A stretch of DNA of 64,000 nucleotides from an uncultured Clostridia bacterium. GTDB taxonomy: Bacteria > Bacillota > Clostridia > TANB77 > CAG-508. Positions 46,762 to 55,902 of the stretch are shown in pieces. Location: NCBI GenBank assembly GCA_946410665.1, contig CAMKBC010000001.1:13028-77027 (forward strand), read 5' to 3'. Position 1 is the first letter of the stretch; the number at the start of each line of letters is the position of its first letter. Position numbers and translations under genes: made by a program. The notes under the pieces were generated by a model. That model made no database searches and was not told the DNA's origin. It saw only the letters and a program-made list of their open reading frames with translations.

Positions 46762-49700
46762 TTAATTACTGGGTTTAGTATCTGGTGTCTTTTTGTCAGG
46801 TGTTGTTGTGTTTGTTGTTGTATTTGTCGTCGTGTTTGTTGTTGTATTAGTTGTTGTGTTTGTCGTTGTATTAGTTGTTGTATTTGTTGAAGGTGTTTCG
46901 CCACCGCTTTGTGATACAACAATTACAATCTTTGCACCTTGTGTTGCTTTTGTTTTTCCATTTGGATCTTGTTTATAAACTTTTCCTTTTGGAGTCTTGC
47001 CTGTTTCATCAATACCTTTTTTAGTTTCTACAATAAATCCTGCTGCTTTAATTTTTTCTTCAGCATCTTTTTGTGTTAATCCAATTACGTTTGGAACTTC
47101 AACTTCTACAACTGGGTGAACATCACATGTTTCTTCAGGTGCTTTTGTAGATTTTAAGTTTGGAGACCAGTTAGCATTTCTTTCTGTATCTAGTGCATCT
47201 CCAAATGTTTTTTCTTCAACATCTTTACAGTTAGGTGTTGCAATTTTTCCTGATTCTTTACAGATTGTTACTTTTGTTAAACTTCCATGTCCTTCGCATA
47301 CTTTTGGTAATTGATTTCCATTGAAGATTTCTGAATATGTATCTGTACATCCTGATCCTGCTAATCTACCTGTTGCTCTACATACGCTTCTTGTAACAAT
47401 TCCTTCAGGTCTTTCAAAATCTTTATTCTCTAATCCACAACATTCAATAATCTTCTTCATTGAGTGGAACCAAACTTTTGCTGCTGGGTTTGTTCCTCTG
47501 AACTCACCATTGTTATTATCATTTCCATACCAACATGATGCTGCATAGTAAGGTGTCATACCACAGAACCATCTATCTTGTGCTGTTTGTGTTGTACCTG
47601 TCTTTCCTGCTACGCCCATGTTTCCTAAGTAGTATGCAAATGAACTTGCAGTACCACTCTTAACAGGTCCTGTTAACATTGAAATTTCAAGATAAGCATT
47701 TTCTGGAGACATTACTCTCTTTCTTTCTTGAGTTGTTTCAATAACAGTTTCGCCTGCTTGATTTGTAACTTTTGTATAGAATGTTGGTTCAATATATTCT
47801 CCGCCATTTAAAATCATTGCATAACCTGCTGCCATTTCAAGTGGTGAAACATCAACAGATCCTAATGCTGCAGATAAACCATAATTTGCTGCATCAGCTT
47901 GAATGCCTATGCTGTTTAAGAATTCTGATGATTTTTCTGGAGTTAATATGCTAATTAATTTTACTTCTGGTACGTTACATGAATGAGTTAATATACCTCT
48001 CATGTTTTCAATATTGTGATAACTATTTGAATCGTTGTTAACTGTGTAGTTACGTCCGAATGTTGTTCTAACATCATAGAACAATGTTGCTGGTGTAATT
48101 ATTCCTGCTTCAAGTCCAGGAGCTACAGTAACTAATGGTTTGAATGCAGATCCACCTTGTCTATGTGATAAACCTCTGTTTAATCCTAATGTGTTTTGGT
48201 TTGAACCAAGTCCACCATCTTCTGCTACAACATAGCCTGTCTTTGGATCAATAACAACCATTGCAGATTGACCTCTACGATCAGCATCCCAATTCTTTGG
48301 TCTTGTTCCATTAACAACATAATCATCGTTATAAAATACCTTATCTAATCCTTCTTGTGCTTGTTTCTTAACTGTTGTGTAAATGTTGTAACCACTGTTT
48401 ACAAGCATATCTCTTGCTTCTGAATACTCTAAGTCATCTCTGTTTGCAATTTCTCTTGCTATTTCATCGATTGCTGCAGCTGCATGATATGATAATTCGC
48501 TCTTACCATTTGAAACTTCACCTTTAGTAAATCCACATCCGTTATTTGCTTCTTCCTTAGCTGCTTCGTATTCTTCGTCTGTGATTTTTCCTAATTCATG
48601 CATTTTTCCAATAACAGTTAATGCTCTCTTTTTACATTTTTCAATTTCTTTTTCGTCTGTACTGAAAGGACTATATGATCCTGGAGCATGGTTAATACCA
48701 GCGATATATGCTGCTTGAGCTATAGAAATATCTTTAGCTGATTTATTGAAGTAGTATTGTGATGCAGCTTCTACACCTCTTAACTCTAAACTTCCACTAT
48801 TACCTAAATAAATTCTGTTTAAGTATCTTTGTAGAATTTCTTCTTTGCTTAGCATTTCTTCAACATGTACAGCTCTTGACCATTCTCTTATCTTTCTTTG
48901 AACACCAGCGATACCTGATCTGTCATCATCTTTCATTGTGATCTTTACTAACTGTTGAGTAATTGTACTACCACCGAAGTCTGTTTTACCACCTGAGAAG
49001 ATGAAACTGAAAATAGCTGATCCAGTTCTCTTTATATCTACACCATTGTGCTCATAGAATCTTTCGTCTTCAATTGCTATGAATGCATCTGGAATCTTAC
49101 CCATTTCGTCAAGTTTAACTTTTTTATTAATTTCATCACCAGTTAATTCTAGAATTAACTCGCCATCTGCATCGTAAATCTTTGCACCTGCATCACTTAA
49201 AAGTTGTTCTCTAGTGATTGACCACTTGTCTGAATTAAATGTTGCAAAGATAAATGCTGCTATAGCAACGATTCCAATTAAAATTAGTGATAGAGTAATT
49301 TTTATAACTCTTCTTAAAATTTTATGTTTTTTCTTTTTCTTTCCATTTTTAATTTTTTCTTTAGCGATTAAAGCTTTAGCATTCTTAGGCTTTCTATATG
49401 TCTTGTCGTCTAATTCTTCTTCGCTTTTTTCTTTGCTCTTTGTTTTTTTATTCTTACTCATTCTACGATTCTTCTCTTTAAATCTATTTTCTGCACTTCT
49501 TTTGCTCACGCTAAAAGGAACGTCGATATCATCATCTTCTTCAGATTTTTTATCTACGTCATCTTCTTTTTCATCATCTGATTCCTTAGATTTAACAACA
49601 TCTATATCGTCTGAATCAGAATCGTTTTCTTTCTCTTCTTTGATACTTTCTTTTCTAGCGTTTTCTATATCACTGATTTTCATAGAAATAGTATCATCAG

Positions 49701-49896
49701 TTGCTTTTGATTCTGCTAATTCTTTATCTAGATCGTCAGTATCATAGAATCTTGTTTCATCTATATCAGAATTATCCACTTTTTCTACTTTTTCTTCGCT
49801 CTCTTCTAATAACTCTTTAATTTTATTTCTTGAATCATGAATTTTCTTATTTTTATGATGATTATGCTTATTACGCGCACCATTAAATTTCTTCAT
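46762..49896 (-). CDS. Class A penicillin-binding protein (PBP1A type) with a charged N-terminal extension, a PASTA domain and a Thr/Asn repeat tail
   Basis: GT51 motifs IEDERFYEHNGVD and GGSTITQQL. Transpeptidase motifs SAFK, SCN and KTGT. PASTA-like VPNVIGLTQKDAEEKIKAAGF. Confidence 0.92.
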   Translation of the reverse strand: MKKFNGARNKHNHHKNKKIHDSRNKIKELLEESEEKVEKVDNSDIDETRFYDTDDLDKELAESKATDDTISMKISDIENARKESIKEEKENDSDSDDIDVVKSKESDDEKEDDVDKKSEEDDDIDVPFSVSKRSAENRFKEKNRRMSKNKKTKSKEKSEEELDDKTYRKPKNAKALIAKEKIKNGKKKKKHKILRRVIKITLSLILIGIVAIAAFIFATFNSDKWSITREQLLSDAGAKIYDADGELILELTGDEINKKVKLDEMGKIPDAFIAIEDERFYEHNGVDIKRTGSAIFSFIFSGGKTDFGGSTITQQLVKITMKDDDRSGIAGVQRKIREWSRAVHVEEMLSKEEILQRYLNRIYLGNSGSLELRGVEAASQYYFNKSAKDISIAQAAYIAGINHAPGSYSPFSTDEKEIEKCKKRALTVIGKMHELGKITDEEYEAAKEEANNGCGFTKGEVSNGKSELSYHAAAAIDEIAREIANRDDLEYSEARDMLVNSGYNIYTTVKKQAQEGLDKVFYNDDYVVNGTRPKNWDADRRGQSAMVVIDPKTGYVVAEDGGLGSNQNTLGLNRGLSHRQGGSAFKPLVTVAPGLEAGIITPATLFYDVRTTFGRNYTVNNDSNSYHNIENMRGILTHSCNVPEVKLISILTPEKSSEFLNSIGIQADAANYGLSAALGSVDVSPLEMAAGYAMILNGGEYIEPTFYTKVTNQAGETVIETTQERKRVMSPENAYLEISMLTGPVKSGTASSFAYYLGNMGVAGKTGTTQTAQDRWFCGMTPYYAASCWYGNDNNNGEFRGTNPAAKVWFHSMKKIIECCGLENKDFERPEGIVTRSVCRATGRLAGSGCTDTYSEIFNGNQLPKVCEGHGSLTKVTICKESGKIATPNCKDVEEKTFGDALDTERNANWSPNLKSTKAPEETCDVHPVVEVEVPNVIGLTQKDAEEKIKAAGFIVETKKGIDETGKTPKGKVYKQDPNGKTKATQGAKIVIVVSQSGGETPSTNTTTNTTTNTTTNTTTNTTTNTTTNTTTPDKKTPDTKPSN
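46799..46890 (-). repeat. In-frame 12-bp tandem repeat (about 7.5 units) encoding (TTTN)n at the PBP1A C-terminus
   Basis: Plus strand reads GTTGTTGTGTTT / GTTGTTGTATTT / GTCGTCGTGTTT and so on. Protein reads TNTTTNTTTNTTTNTTTNTTTNTTTNTTT. Confidence 0.9.
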
Positions 49897-49997
49897 TATT
49901 CCTCCTTTAGATATTATTTTACAATATCGTGTCTATTATATTACAAACAACTTAGTAATACAACAAAATTGAGCAATAATTTTGCTTTTTTAATAGT

Positions 49998-50621
49998 TTA
50001 GAAAAGTGCCGAAATTATAGGCTTAGCACCTTGTTTTATCAGAAAATTTGTACCCATTTTTTTGATTGATTTTAAACTACCAACTACCGCATAAATTTCT
50101 CGATTTTCTTCTAATGCATATTTAGCTGTAATCATTGTCCCACTTGTCATTCCAGCTTCGATTATAATTAAACTCTTAGACAATCCACATAAAATCCTAT
50201 TTTGTTCTAAATAATTCTGCGGTAAAACTGTTTTGAAACAATTATATTCAGTAATTATATTTCCATTATTTTCCAAAATATATTTAATTTTATTTAAATA
50301 CTTTTTGCTTTCAATTCTTTCTATGCTTCCAGGGATAGTCACAATTACTTTGCCATTATTTTCCAGTGCTGTTGTGTATACTGTTTCATCAATTCCTTGT
50401 GTAATAGTGGTTACAATTGTGTATCCTCGCTTTACTAATTGTTTTACTATTTTAATTGTTTCTATTTTTCCATTTAAATCAGGATTGCTCGTGCCAATAA
50501 TAGTTACCAATTTCTGGTTAAGATTAATTTTCTTTCCATACACATATATTTCTTTAGGCGGGTTGTTTATCTGTCGCAATAAAAATGGGTATTCCTTATC
50601 GTCTAACTTTATTCTTCTCAT
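49998..50621 (-). CDS. dprA: Minimal DprA/Smf-like protein (Rossmann-fold domain only)
   Basis: KLDDKEYPFLLRQINNPPKEIYVYG...IIGTSNP...GIDETVYTTAL...NRILCGLSKSLIIIEAGMTSGTMITAKYALEENREIYAV. ATG 50621 follows TGGAG. Confidence 0.75.
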   Translation of the reverse strand: MRRIKLDDKEYPFLLRQINNPPKEIYVYGKKINLNQKLVTIIGTSNPDLNGKIETIKIVKQLVKRGYTIVTTITQGIDETVYTTALENNGKVIVTIPGSIERIESKKYLNKIKYILENNGNIITEYNCFKTVLPQNYLEQNRILCGLSKSLIIIEAGMTSGTMITAKYALEENREIYAVVGSLKSIKKMGTNFLIKQGAKPIISALF

Positions 50622-50630
50622 TTTTCTCCA

Positions 50631-50656
50631 CAAAAAAAGATGGGCTTTCGCCCACC
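50631..50656 (-). terminator. Intrinsic terminator after the cmk-like gene, abutting the dprA RBS
   Basis: On the minus strand: GGTGGGC-GAAA-GCCCATC, then TTTTTTT. Confidence 0.65.
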
Positions 50657-50676
50657 TTGAATTTCTTATTTTTTTA

Positions 50677-51234
50677 TTAATCTTCTAACCATAGATTATA
50701 TTTTTCTATGATTCTTTCGCAAATAACTTGTGGTGTGTATTCTGTAGTATCAATAACACAATCATAGTTATTCATATCAGTTAATTCTACACCATAAATT
50801 CTTTTATATCTTTCTCTTTCAAGTTTTGATCTCTTATGAAGACTTTCTTTTTGTTCTTGAATTGTTTTATAGTTTTCTGTGCTCTTTCTTCTTTCATCCC
50901 AATAAGCTCTTTCAGCAGCAACATCAGGATCAACCTTTAAGTATACTTTGAAAGAATTTGGAATTGCATACCAACCAAGTCTTGCATCAATAACAAAATT
51001 ATCATGTGTTTCTGCAAACTCTGTTGCTTTTGCTTCAATTTGTTTATCAATCTCTGGATGTTGATCAACATACTCATTAAACTCAATTACGTCCATTCCA
51101 TGTTCTTTAGCCATGTTTCTAAAAGCTTCACCATTACGATAAACAGTGTAGTTTAATCTACTAATCAATAGTGATGATACTGTTCCTTTTCCACTTGCTA
51201 AATCTCCTGTAATAGAAATAATGTGTTTTTTCAT
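50677..51234 (-). CDS. Cytidylate-kinase-family P-loop kinase
   Basis: ISITGDLASGKGTV P-loop variant, and VIDARLGWYAIP...KVYLKVDPDVAAERA, typical of the Cmk-like family. Confidence 0.65.
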   Translation of the reverse strand: MKKHIISITGDLASGKGTVSSLLISRLNYTVYRNGEAFRNMAKEHGMDVIEFNEYVDQHPEIDKQIEAKATEFAETHDNFVIDARLGWYAIPNSFKVYLKVDPDVAAERAYWDERRKSTENYKTIQEQKESLHKRSKLERERYKRIYGVELTDMNNYDCVIDTTEYTPQVICERIIEKYNLWLED

Positions 51235-51280
51235 ATTTTCCCCTCCAATTTGATAAACTTTACTTGGTTTTTGCAGAATA

Positions 51281-51580
51281 TTAAGCGTCTTGAGTGTCTG
51301 TTGAATTCTCTGAACCCATAATTGCTGATGTTCTAGAAATTAACTTGATGTTTGTTTCGTAATCTTTTCTTCTTTGATCCCATTCATCTTCGTTATAAAT
51401 CTTTAAAGCATCTGCCATTATTTCGTCAGCAGCTATTGTTACAGGTGCTGTATCATCAGTATCAACTAATGGTTGGCTTCCTGCGAAAATTTGTCTTGCT
51501 CTCTTTGCTGAAGCAATAACTAATCTATATCTATTTTCACCCTTTGTAAGAAGTTGTGGAACTGTTGGTTTAAATAACAT
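51281..51580 (-). CDS. rpoZ: DNA-directed RNA polymerase omega subunit
   Basis: NRYRLVIASAKRARQI core motif. Confidence 0.8.
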   Translation of the reverse strand: MLFKPTVPQLLTKGENRYRLVIASAKRARQIFAGSQPLVDTDDTAPVTIAADEIMADALKIYNEDEWDQRRKDYETNIKLISRTSAIMGSENSTDTQDA

Positions 51581-51619
51581 TTTATTTATCTTCCTTTCAA
51601 AAAAACTACAATAAGTTTA

Positions 51620-52318
51620 CTACTTTTTTTCCGTATCGTCAACATTTTTATAAGTAATATTAATGACAAAAGCCCTAATTATATAATATATTGCGACACT
51701 TGCAGCTATTATAATAAATAGGTTATATACATCTGTAATTCCACTATTTTTGAATACATTTATAACTAACAAATCTAAAGTTGTCGCAACAAAAGTTTCA
51801 ACTCCATATACGAGGTATAATGTTTTCTTTTTTACATAGCCTAATTCTAATAATGTTAAGGCTCCTATTGTCGCTAAAACAGATCTTATAATATGCACTA
51901 TAATTCTATATTCTTCTGGAACCCACATCATTGTGGCTAAGCATCCAAATACAAATAGTTCCATAAGAGCACCAACAATAAAGTTGATAAAGACTAGTTT
52001 TCTCTTTCTACTCTTTGAGTTTTTCTTCTTTTTATCTTTAAGTTCTGTTTTTATCTTTTCTAAAACTTCGCTCTTATAAAAGTTTTCCTCAACAAGCTCA
52101 TTATTATCAGCTTCTTCTTGTTCAACAATAATACTCTCTTCAGGTTCTTTGATGTCCTCAATTTTACTTGCAATATTTTTTTGAATTACTTCATCAATAT
52201 CTGTCTTTTTTGCATCATCTTCTAATGCTTCTTTAACATCTTTAATGTTGTTTTCATTCATTTTCTTTGTTGAAGAAATATTATTAACTTTCTTTGATTT
52301 ATTCTTTTTCTTACTCAT
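51620..52318 (-). CDS. Hypothetical membrane protein (charged N-terminal half, 4 TM C-terminal half)
   Basis: ORF only; no motif recognised. Confidence 0.55.
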   Translation of the reverse strand: MSKKKNKSKKVNNISSTKKMNENNIKDVKEALEDDAKKTDIDEVIQKNIASKIEDIKEPEESIIVEQEEADNNELVEENFYKSEVLEKIKTELKDKKKKNSKSRKRKLVFINFIVGALMELFVFGCLATMMWVPEEYRIIVHIIRSVLATIGALTLLELGYVKKKTLYLVYGVETFVATTLDLLVINVFKNSGITDVYNLFIIIAASVAIYYIIRAFVINITYKNVDDTEKK

Positions 52319-52333
52319 ATTATCCTCATTTGT

Positions 52334-53059
52334 TTATAAATCATATTGGTACATAATCATGCTAAGCATTGAAATCGAAGCAGTTTCAGTTCTTAATATT
52401 CTCTTACCCAAACTTACTTCTTTTGTACCATTTTGTACTAAGCTTTCAACTTCTTCCTTGCTAATTCCACCTTCAGGTCCAATGATAATAGCTATTTTCT
52501 TAGCATCTGGATTTTGTTGAAGTATCTCTTTTATATTTGTTTTTTCTTCATTTTCATATGCAACAAGTGCTAAATCATATTCTTTAAGTACTTCATTCAT
52601 TTCTTTAAAGCTTATTGGATTCTCGATTGTAGGAATAATGTTTCTCTTACTTTGTTTTGCAGCAGCTTCAGCAATAGTTTGCCATCTTATTATCTTCTTA
52701 TTATCCTTGATTTTACCTATACAAAACTTCATTTCAACCGGATAAATCTTATTGATTCCAATCTCCACGTTTTTTTGGATAATCAATTCCATTTTGTCAG
52801 ATTTTGGTATTCCCTGAAACAATGAAACCTCTACTGTAGGCTCTGTTGATTCTCTTTCTTCTACGATGTTGCATACTATTTTATTCTCGCCAATTTCGCT
52901 AATCTTGCATAAAAAACTGTTTCCTTTTTCTTTATTAGAAACAATCAACTCATCATCTATCTTCATTCTTAAAACATTCTTGATATGGTTGAAGTTTTCA
53001 TCTTTTATGTCAACTGAATTATTATAAAATTGGTCGTTTTCCACAAAAAAATTATACAT
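52334..53059 (-). CDS. rsmE: 16S rRNA (uracil1498-N3)-methyltransferase RsmE
   Basis: PUA-like N-terminus, LFQGIPKSDKME, and IIIGPEGGISKEEVE SPOUT motif. Confidence 0.88.
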   Translation of the reverse strand: MYNFFVENDQFYNNSVDIKDENFNHIKNVLRMKIDDELIVSNKEKGNSFLCKISEIGENKIVCNIVEERESTEPTVEVSLFQGIPKSDKMELIIQKNVEIGINKIYPVEMKFCIGKIKDNKKIIRWQTIAEAAAKQSKRNIIPTIENPISFKEMNEVLKEYDLALVAYENEEKTNIKEILQQNPDAKKIAIIIGPEGGISKEEVESLVQNGTKEVSLGKRILRTETASISMLSMIMYQYDL

Positions 53060-53189
53060 AGTTTTAACCTCAATTTGAATGATACCATTTACAACCTAAG
53101 TTTTCAATAAAAAATTGATTTTTACTAATCTTATGATATAATTCAAGCGTAGTTATCATTAAGGCTTTGCCTTATTAAAGGAGAGTTAT

Positions 53190-53828
53190 ATGAAGAGATT
53201 TTTTAAATGTATTTTTGTATTATTATTTTTAGCAGTTTGTGCTTTGGGTATATTTTTTATAATTGATTATAGTAGAGCTTCTGAAGGAAAAGCTCCTATC
53301 TTCTGCTTACAAGACGAAGCTGTTAATGATGGTGGTACAGTTATCTATAAAGGTGCATTCTACAAAGTAATTGATTATCACAAAACAATCAACTATAGTA
53401 AAAACATTTTCTACGATGATGTTAAAATTGGAAACTATGGTATGAAATATGAAGACTACGAATCTGAATGGAATAAACTAATCGAAAAATATAAAGAAAA
53501 TGAATACACTCCAGTAACAACAGAAACTCTTTCTTCTATTAAAGATATTAAAACTGGAGCTACTATCGAAGTAACAGAAAGTTCTGCTGAATTTGATGCA
53601 TTGATAAACAAAATCGAATTCAAAAGCGATGCTGTTGTAGATGGTATGTTCCAATACGAACTATTTGTTTCTTCAAAAAATTCAACTTATGCATTTGGCT
53701 ATGTTGAAGACGCTGAAGGAATTAAGGGTGGATTAATTAAGAATATTTCTGATTTAAGTTATTCTGAATTAGATGCAGAAACAACTAACACTTTAGTTCA
53801 AATAATCAAAGCAAATTTAAAAGAGTAA
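53190..53828 (+). CDS. Hypothetical signal-anchored protein
   Basis: ORF with AAGGAGAG RBS and an N-terminal hydrophobic segment. Confidence 0.55.
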   Translation: MKRFFKCIFVLLFLAVCALGIFFIIDYSRASEGKAPIFCLQDEAVNDGGTVIYKGAFYKVIDYHKTINYSKNIFYDDVKIGNYGMKYEDYESEWNKLIEKYKENEYTPVTTETLSSIKDIKTGATIEVTESSAEFDALINKIEFKSDAVVDGMFQYELFVSSKNSTYAFGYVEDAEGIKGGLIKNISDLSYSELDAETTNTLVQIIKANLKE

Positions 53829-53836
53829 TAAATAAA

Positions 53837-53863
53837 AAAGGAAACTATTTAATAGTTTCCTTT
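53837..53863. terminator. Bidirectional terminator between convergent hypothetical genes
   Basis: Palindrome AAAGGAAACTATT/AATAGTTTCCTTT, flanked by A- and T-runs. Confidence 0.6.
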
Positions 53864-53888
53864 TTCTTTGTTATAAAACAGACTTAAA

Positions 53889-54821
53889 TTATCTGTCATC
53901 TCTATCTTCTGGATGTATATCAGTTAGTACTACTGAAGTTCTTCCAAATTTATCTTCACTAATTTTGTAATCTCCTTCTTGTATTTCAGCAATTAAATGT
54001 TCTTGCGCTTTATCTACATCTTCTTCATGTATGTTTCTTTTTTCATCTAACCAATACATTCTGTCTGTAGCCTCATTTATAATTGGCATTGCTTTAGTTA
54101 AATATTTTCTTAAAGCATTTAAATCTTTTGAATCCATTGCATCCATAACATGGACATAGCTGTCTACCAAATCATATAATTCTGTACGTGAATTTATAAA
54201 ATATTTATCTGAAACTTGTAAGTTGGTTGCAAAATTATTGTCAGAACGATCATATTGATCAAGCGCTAAACAATATCCTGAAAAGCCATCTACGCTATTC
54301 ATTTCTTGATAGAAACACATTCTATTTCTTTCATCTTCACTATAACAATATTGTCCTACATTATTCCACGCAAACTCTTTTACAAAAGCTTTGTATTGAT
54401 CAGCAATTGCTGCATAATCTTCATAAGAAACAGCATTAGAGTTTTGATCATACAATCCATTCAAACCTGCTATATCTCTAATTAAATCATTTCCTTCACT
54501 TCTTTGATTTTCATATAAATCACTTATTACTTCGTCTACTGCAGGAGAATATCCAGAAGCAATCATGTTTAATTCATTTCTGCTCATAGTATTAGCATAT
54601 ACTTCAGCTGCATGATCTAATGCTTCTTCTTTATTATGTGCACTCATTGCTACTGTTGCTCCAATCATTGAAAGTACAAGCAAAGCAGTAACACCAGAAA
54701 CTCTGAATTCTTTTGATTTTAAGAATCCTTTAATCTTTCTTTTATCAATCTTAATTTGAGGTTGTGCTTTATTATTATTGTTTCTTTCTACTCTACCTGT
54801 ATAATTAATGTTTCTTTCTCC
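53889..54821 (-). CDS. Hypothetical membrane-anchored protein
   Basis: Start set at MGERNINY (ATG 54821), after AGGAGTAAGAAT. One TM helix (VTALLVLSMIGATVAM). Confidence 0.55.
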   Translation of the reverse strand, partial: GERNINYTGRVERNNNNKAQPQIKIDKRKIKGFLKSKEFRVSGVTALLVLSMIGATVAMSAHNKEEALDHAAEVYANTMSRNELNMIASGYSPAVDEVISDLYENQRSEGNDLIRDIAGLNGLYDQNSNAVSYEDYAAIADQYKAFVKEFAWNNVGQYCYSEDERNRMCFYQEMNSVDGFSGYCLALDQYDRSDNNFATNLQVSDKYFINSRTELYDLVDSYVHVMDAMDSKDLNALRKYLTKAMPIINEATDRMYWLDEKRNIHEEDVDKAQEHLIAEIQEGDYKISEDKFGRTSVVLTDIHPEDRDDR

Positions 54822-54849
54822 CATATTCTTACTCCTTGCAATAAAAATA

Positions 54850-55323
54850 TTACTTTTCATTTTGACTTTTTAAATTTGGTATTATCATTGCTCTGACAGC
54901 ATAATTTCTATCAGATTTTCTCTTCTCCAATTCAGGTTCAAGAATATTATCTACAATTTCTCTTTGAACTTTACCAGAAATTATCATTCTATTTGTTTCT
55001 TCATCTTTTCTGCCGATATAATGACAAATTTTCTTTTTATTAAAATCTCTATGTAAAATTGTTCTAACAAATTCAACTACATAATCTTGCAAATCCTCAG
55101 GAGTGACTTCAGTTCTGTACGGATGCTCTACTACAACACTATATGTTGGTTCTATTTTAATTGTGCCACCCTTTTCCGCATAATTAGATGTAGAAATAGA
55201 TTTAATCGCATATTTCTTTTCACCATGCGTAACTATGTACTTTTCATTTGTAAGACTAAATGCAATTATTGCACTACCATCTTCAAATCTAGTAGTTTTT
55301 GGGAACAATTCCTCTTCGCTCAT
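54850..55323 (-). CDS. Hypothetical cytoplasmic protein
   Basis: Start set at MSEEELF (ATG 55323), after GGAGAGGAAA. Close upstream partner of the 53889-54821 gene. Confidence 0.5.
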   Translation of the reverse strand: MSEEELFPKTTRFEDGSAIIAFSLTNEKYIVTHGEKKYAIKSISTSNYAEKGGTIKIEPTYSVVVEHPYRTEVTPEDLQDYVVEFVRTILHRDFNKKKICHYIGRKDEETNRMIISGKVQREIVDNILEPELEKRKSDRNYAVRAMIIPNLKSQNEK

Positions 55324-55471
55324 TTTCCTCTCCATAGATATACTTATTCAAAATTATTATATCTAAAAAAACTCTAAAATACTTGTAAATTACATAGATT
55401 TAATATTTGTAAACAAAACTAAAAATTACCAAAACTTTACAATTTCTGTGCCTCTCTTTTTTATGCTTGCA

Positions 55472-55504
55472 ACAAAAAAAGAGTAACTATTTCTAGTTAC
55501 TCTT
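55472..55504 (-). terminator. Intrinsic terminator of the tRNA operon
   Basis: Stem AAGAGTAACT/AGTTACTCTT with a 6-nt loop and a T-run on the minus strand. Confidence 0.7.
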
Positions 55505-55511
55505 ACTTGTA

Positions 55512-55587
<76 letters not shown>

Positions 55588-55607
55588 ATTATTAGACATA
55601 AAAAAAA

Positions 55608-55685
55608 TGGCGACCCGGATCGGGCTCGAACCGACGACCTCCGCCGTGACAGGGCGGCGTTCTAAACCAACTGAACTACCGGGCC
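55608..55685 (-). tRNA. tRNA-Asp (GTC)
   Basis: GGCCCGGTAGTTCAGTTGGTTTAGAACGCCGCCCTGTCACGGCGGAGGTCGTCGGTTCGAGCCCGATCCGGGTCGCCA. Anticodon loop is CTGTCAC. Confidence 0.93.
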
Positions 55686-55695
55686 GTAAGTAAAA

Positions 55696-55771
55696 TGGTG
55701 GTCGCTATAGGGCTCGAACCTATGACCCCCTGCTTGTAAGGCAGGTGCTCTCCCAGCTGAGCTAAGCGACC
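55696..55771 (-). tRNA. tRNA-Val (TAC)
   Basis: GGTCGCTTAGCTCAGCTGGGAGAGCACCTGCCTTACAAGCAGGGGGTCATAGGTTCGAGCCCTATAGCGACCACCA. Anticodon loop is CTTACAA. Confidence 0.95.
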
Positions 55772-55790
55772 ATATTTACTGACAAGCATT

Positions 55791-55819
55791 AGTATACTAA
55801 ATATTAAGTTGCTTGTCAA
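55791..55819 (-). promoter_or_regulatory. Consensus-like sigma-A promoter of the tRNA Val-Asp-Phe operon
   Basis: On the minus strand: TTGACA (55819-55814), 17-nt spacer, TATACT (55796-55791), about 20 nt upstream of tRNA-Val. Confidence 0.6.
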
Positions 55820-55902
55820 CAATTTTATTGAATTTTTTTAATAAAAAATGACTGTATTTTTGATACAGCCATTTTCTACTAATTTCTCTCTATTTGCTGT
55901 CT

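Noticed and set aside
46799-46890. Tandem repeat as a possible CRISPR or minisatellite locus
   Set aside because: The units are 12 bp, contiguous with no spacers, and in frame within PBP1A. It is a coding repeat.
46701-46922. 73-aa minus-strand ORF overlapping the PBP1A tail and spanning the gap to cysS
   Set aside because: This is an alternative frame of the 12-bp tandem repeat (Q/T/L-rich artefact). The PBP1A frame is continuous with conserved domains.
49214-49747. 177-aa plus-strand ORF antisense to the PBP1A 5' region
   Set aside because: It mirrors the K/E/D-rich low-complexity coding region and translates to S/L/F runs. There are no start signals.
50233-50688. 151-aa plus-strand ORF antisense to dprA
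   Set aside because: Shadow ORF. The minus-strand product has clear DprA motifs, whereas this one has none.
55780-55825. 8-bp inverted repeat (GACAAGCA / TGCTTGTC) bracketing the tRNA-operon promoter, considered as a possible operator
   Set aside because: It is short and one arm is simply the -35 TTGACA context. It cannot be distinguished from chance without comparative data.
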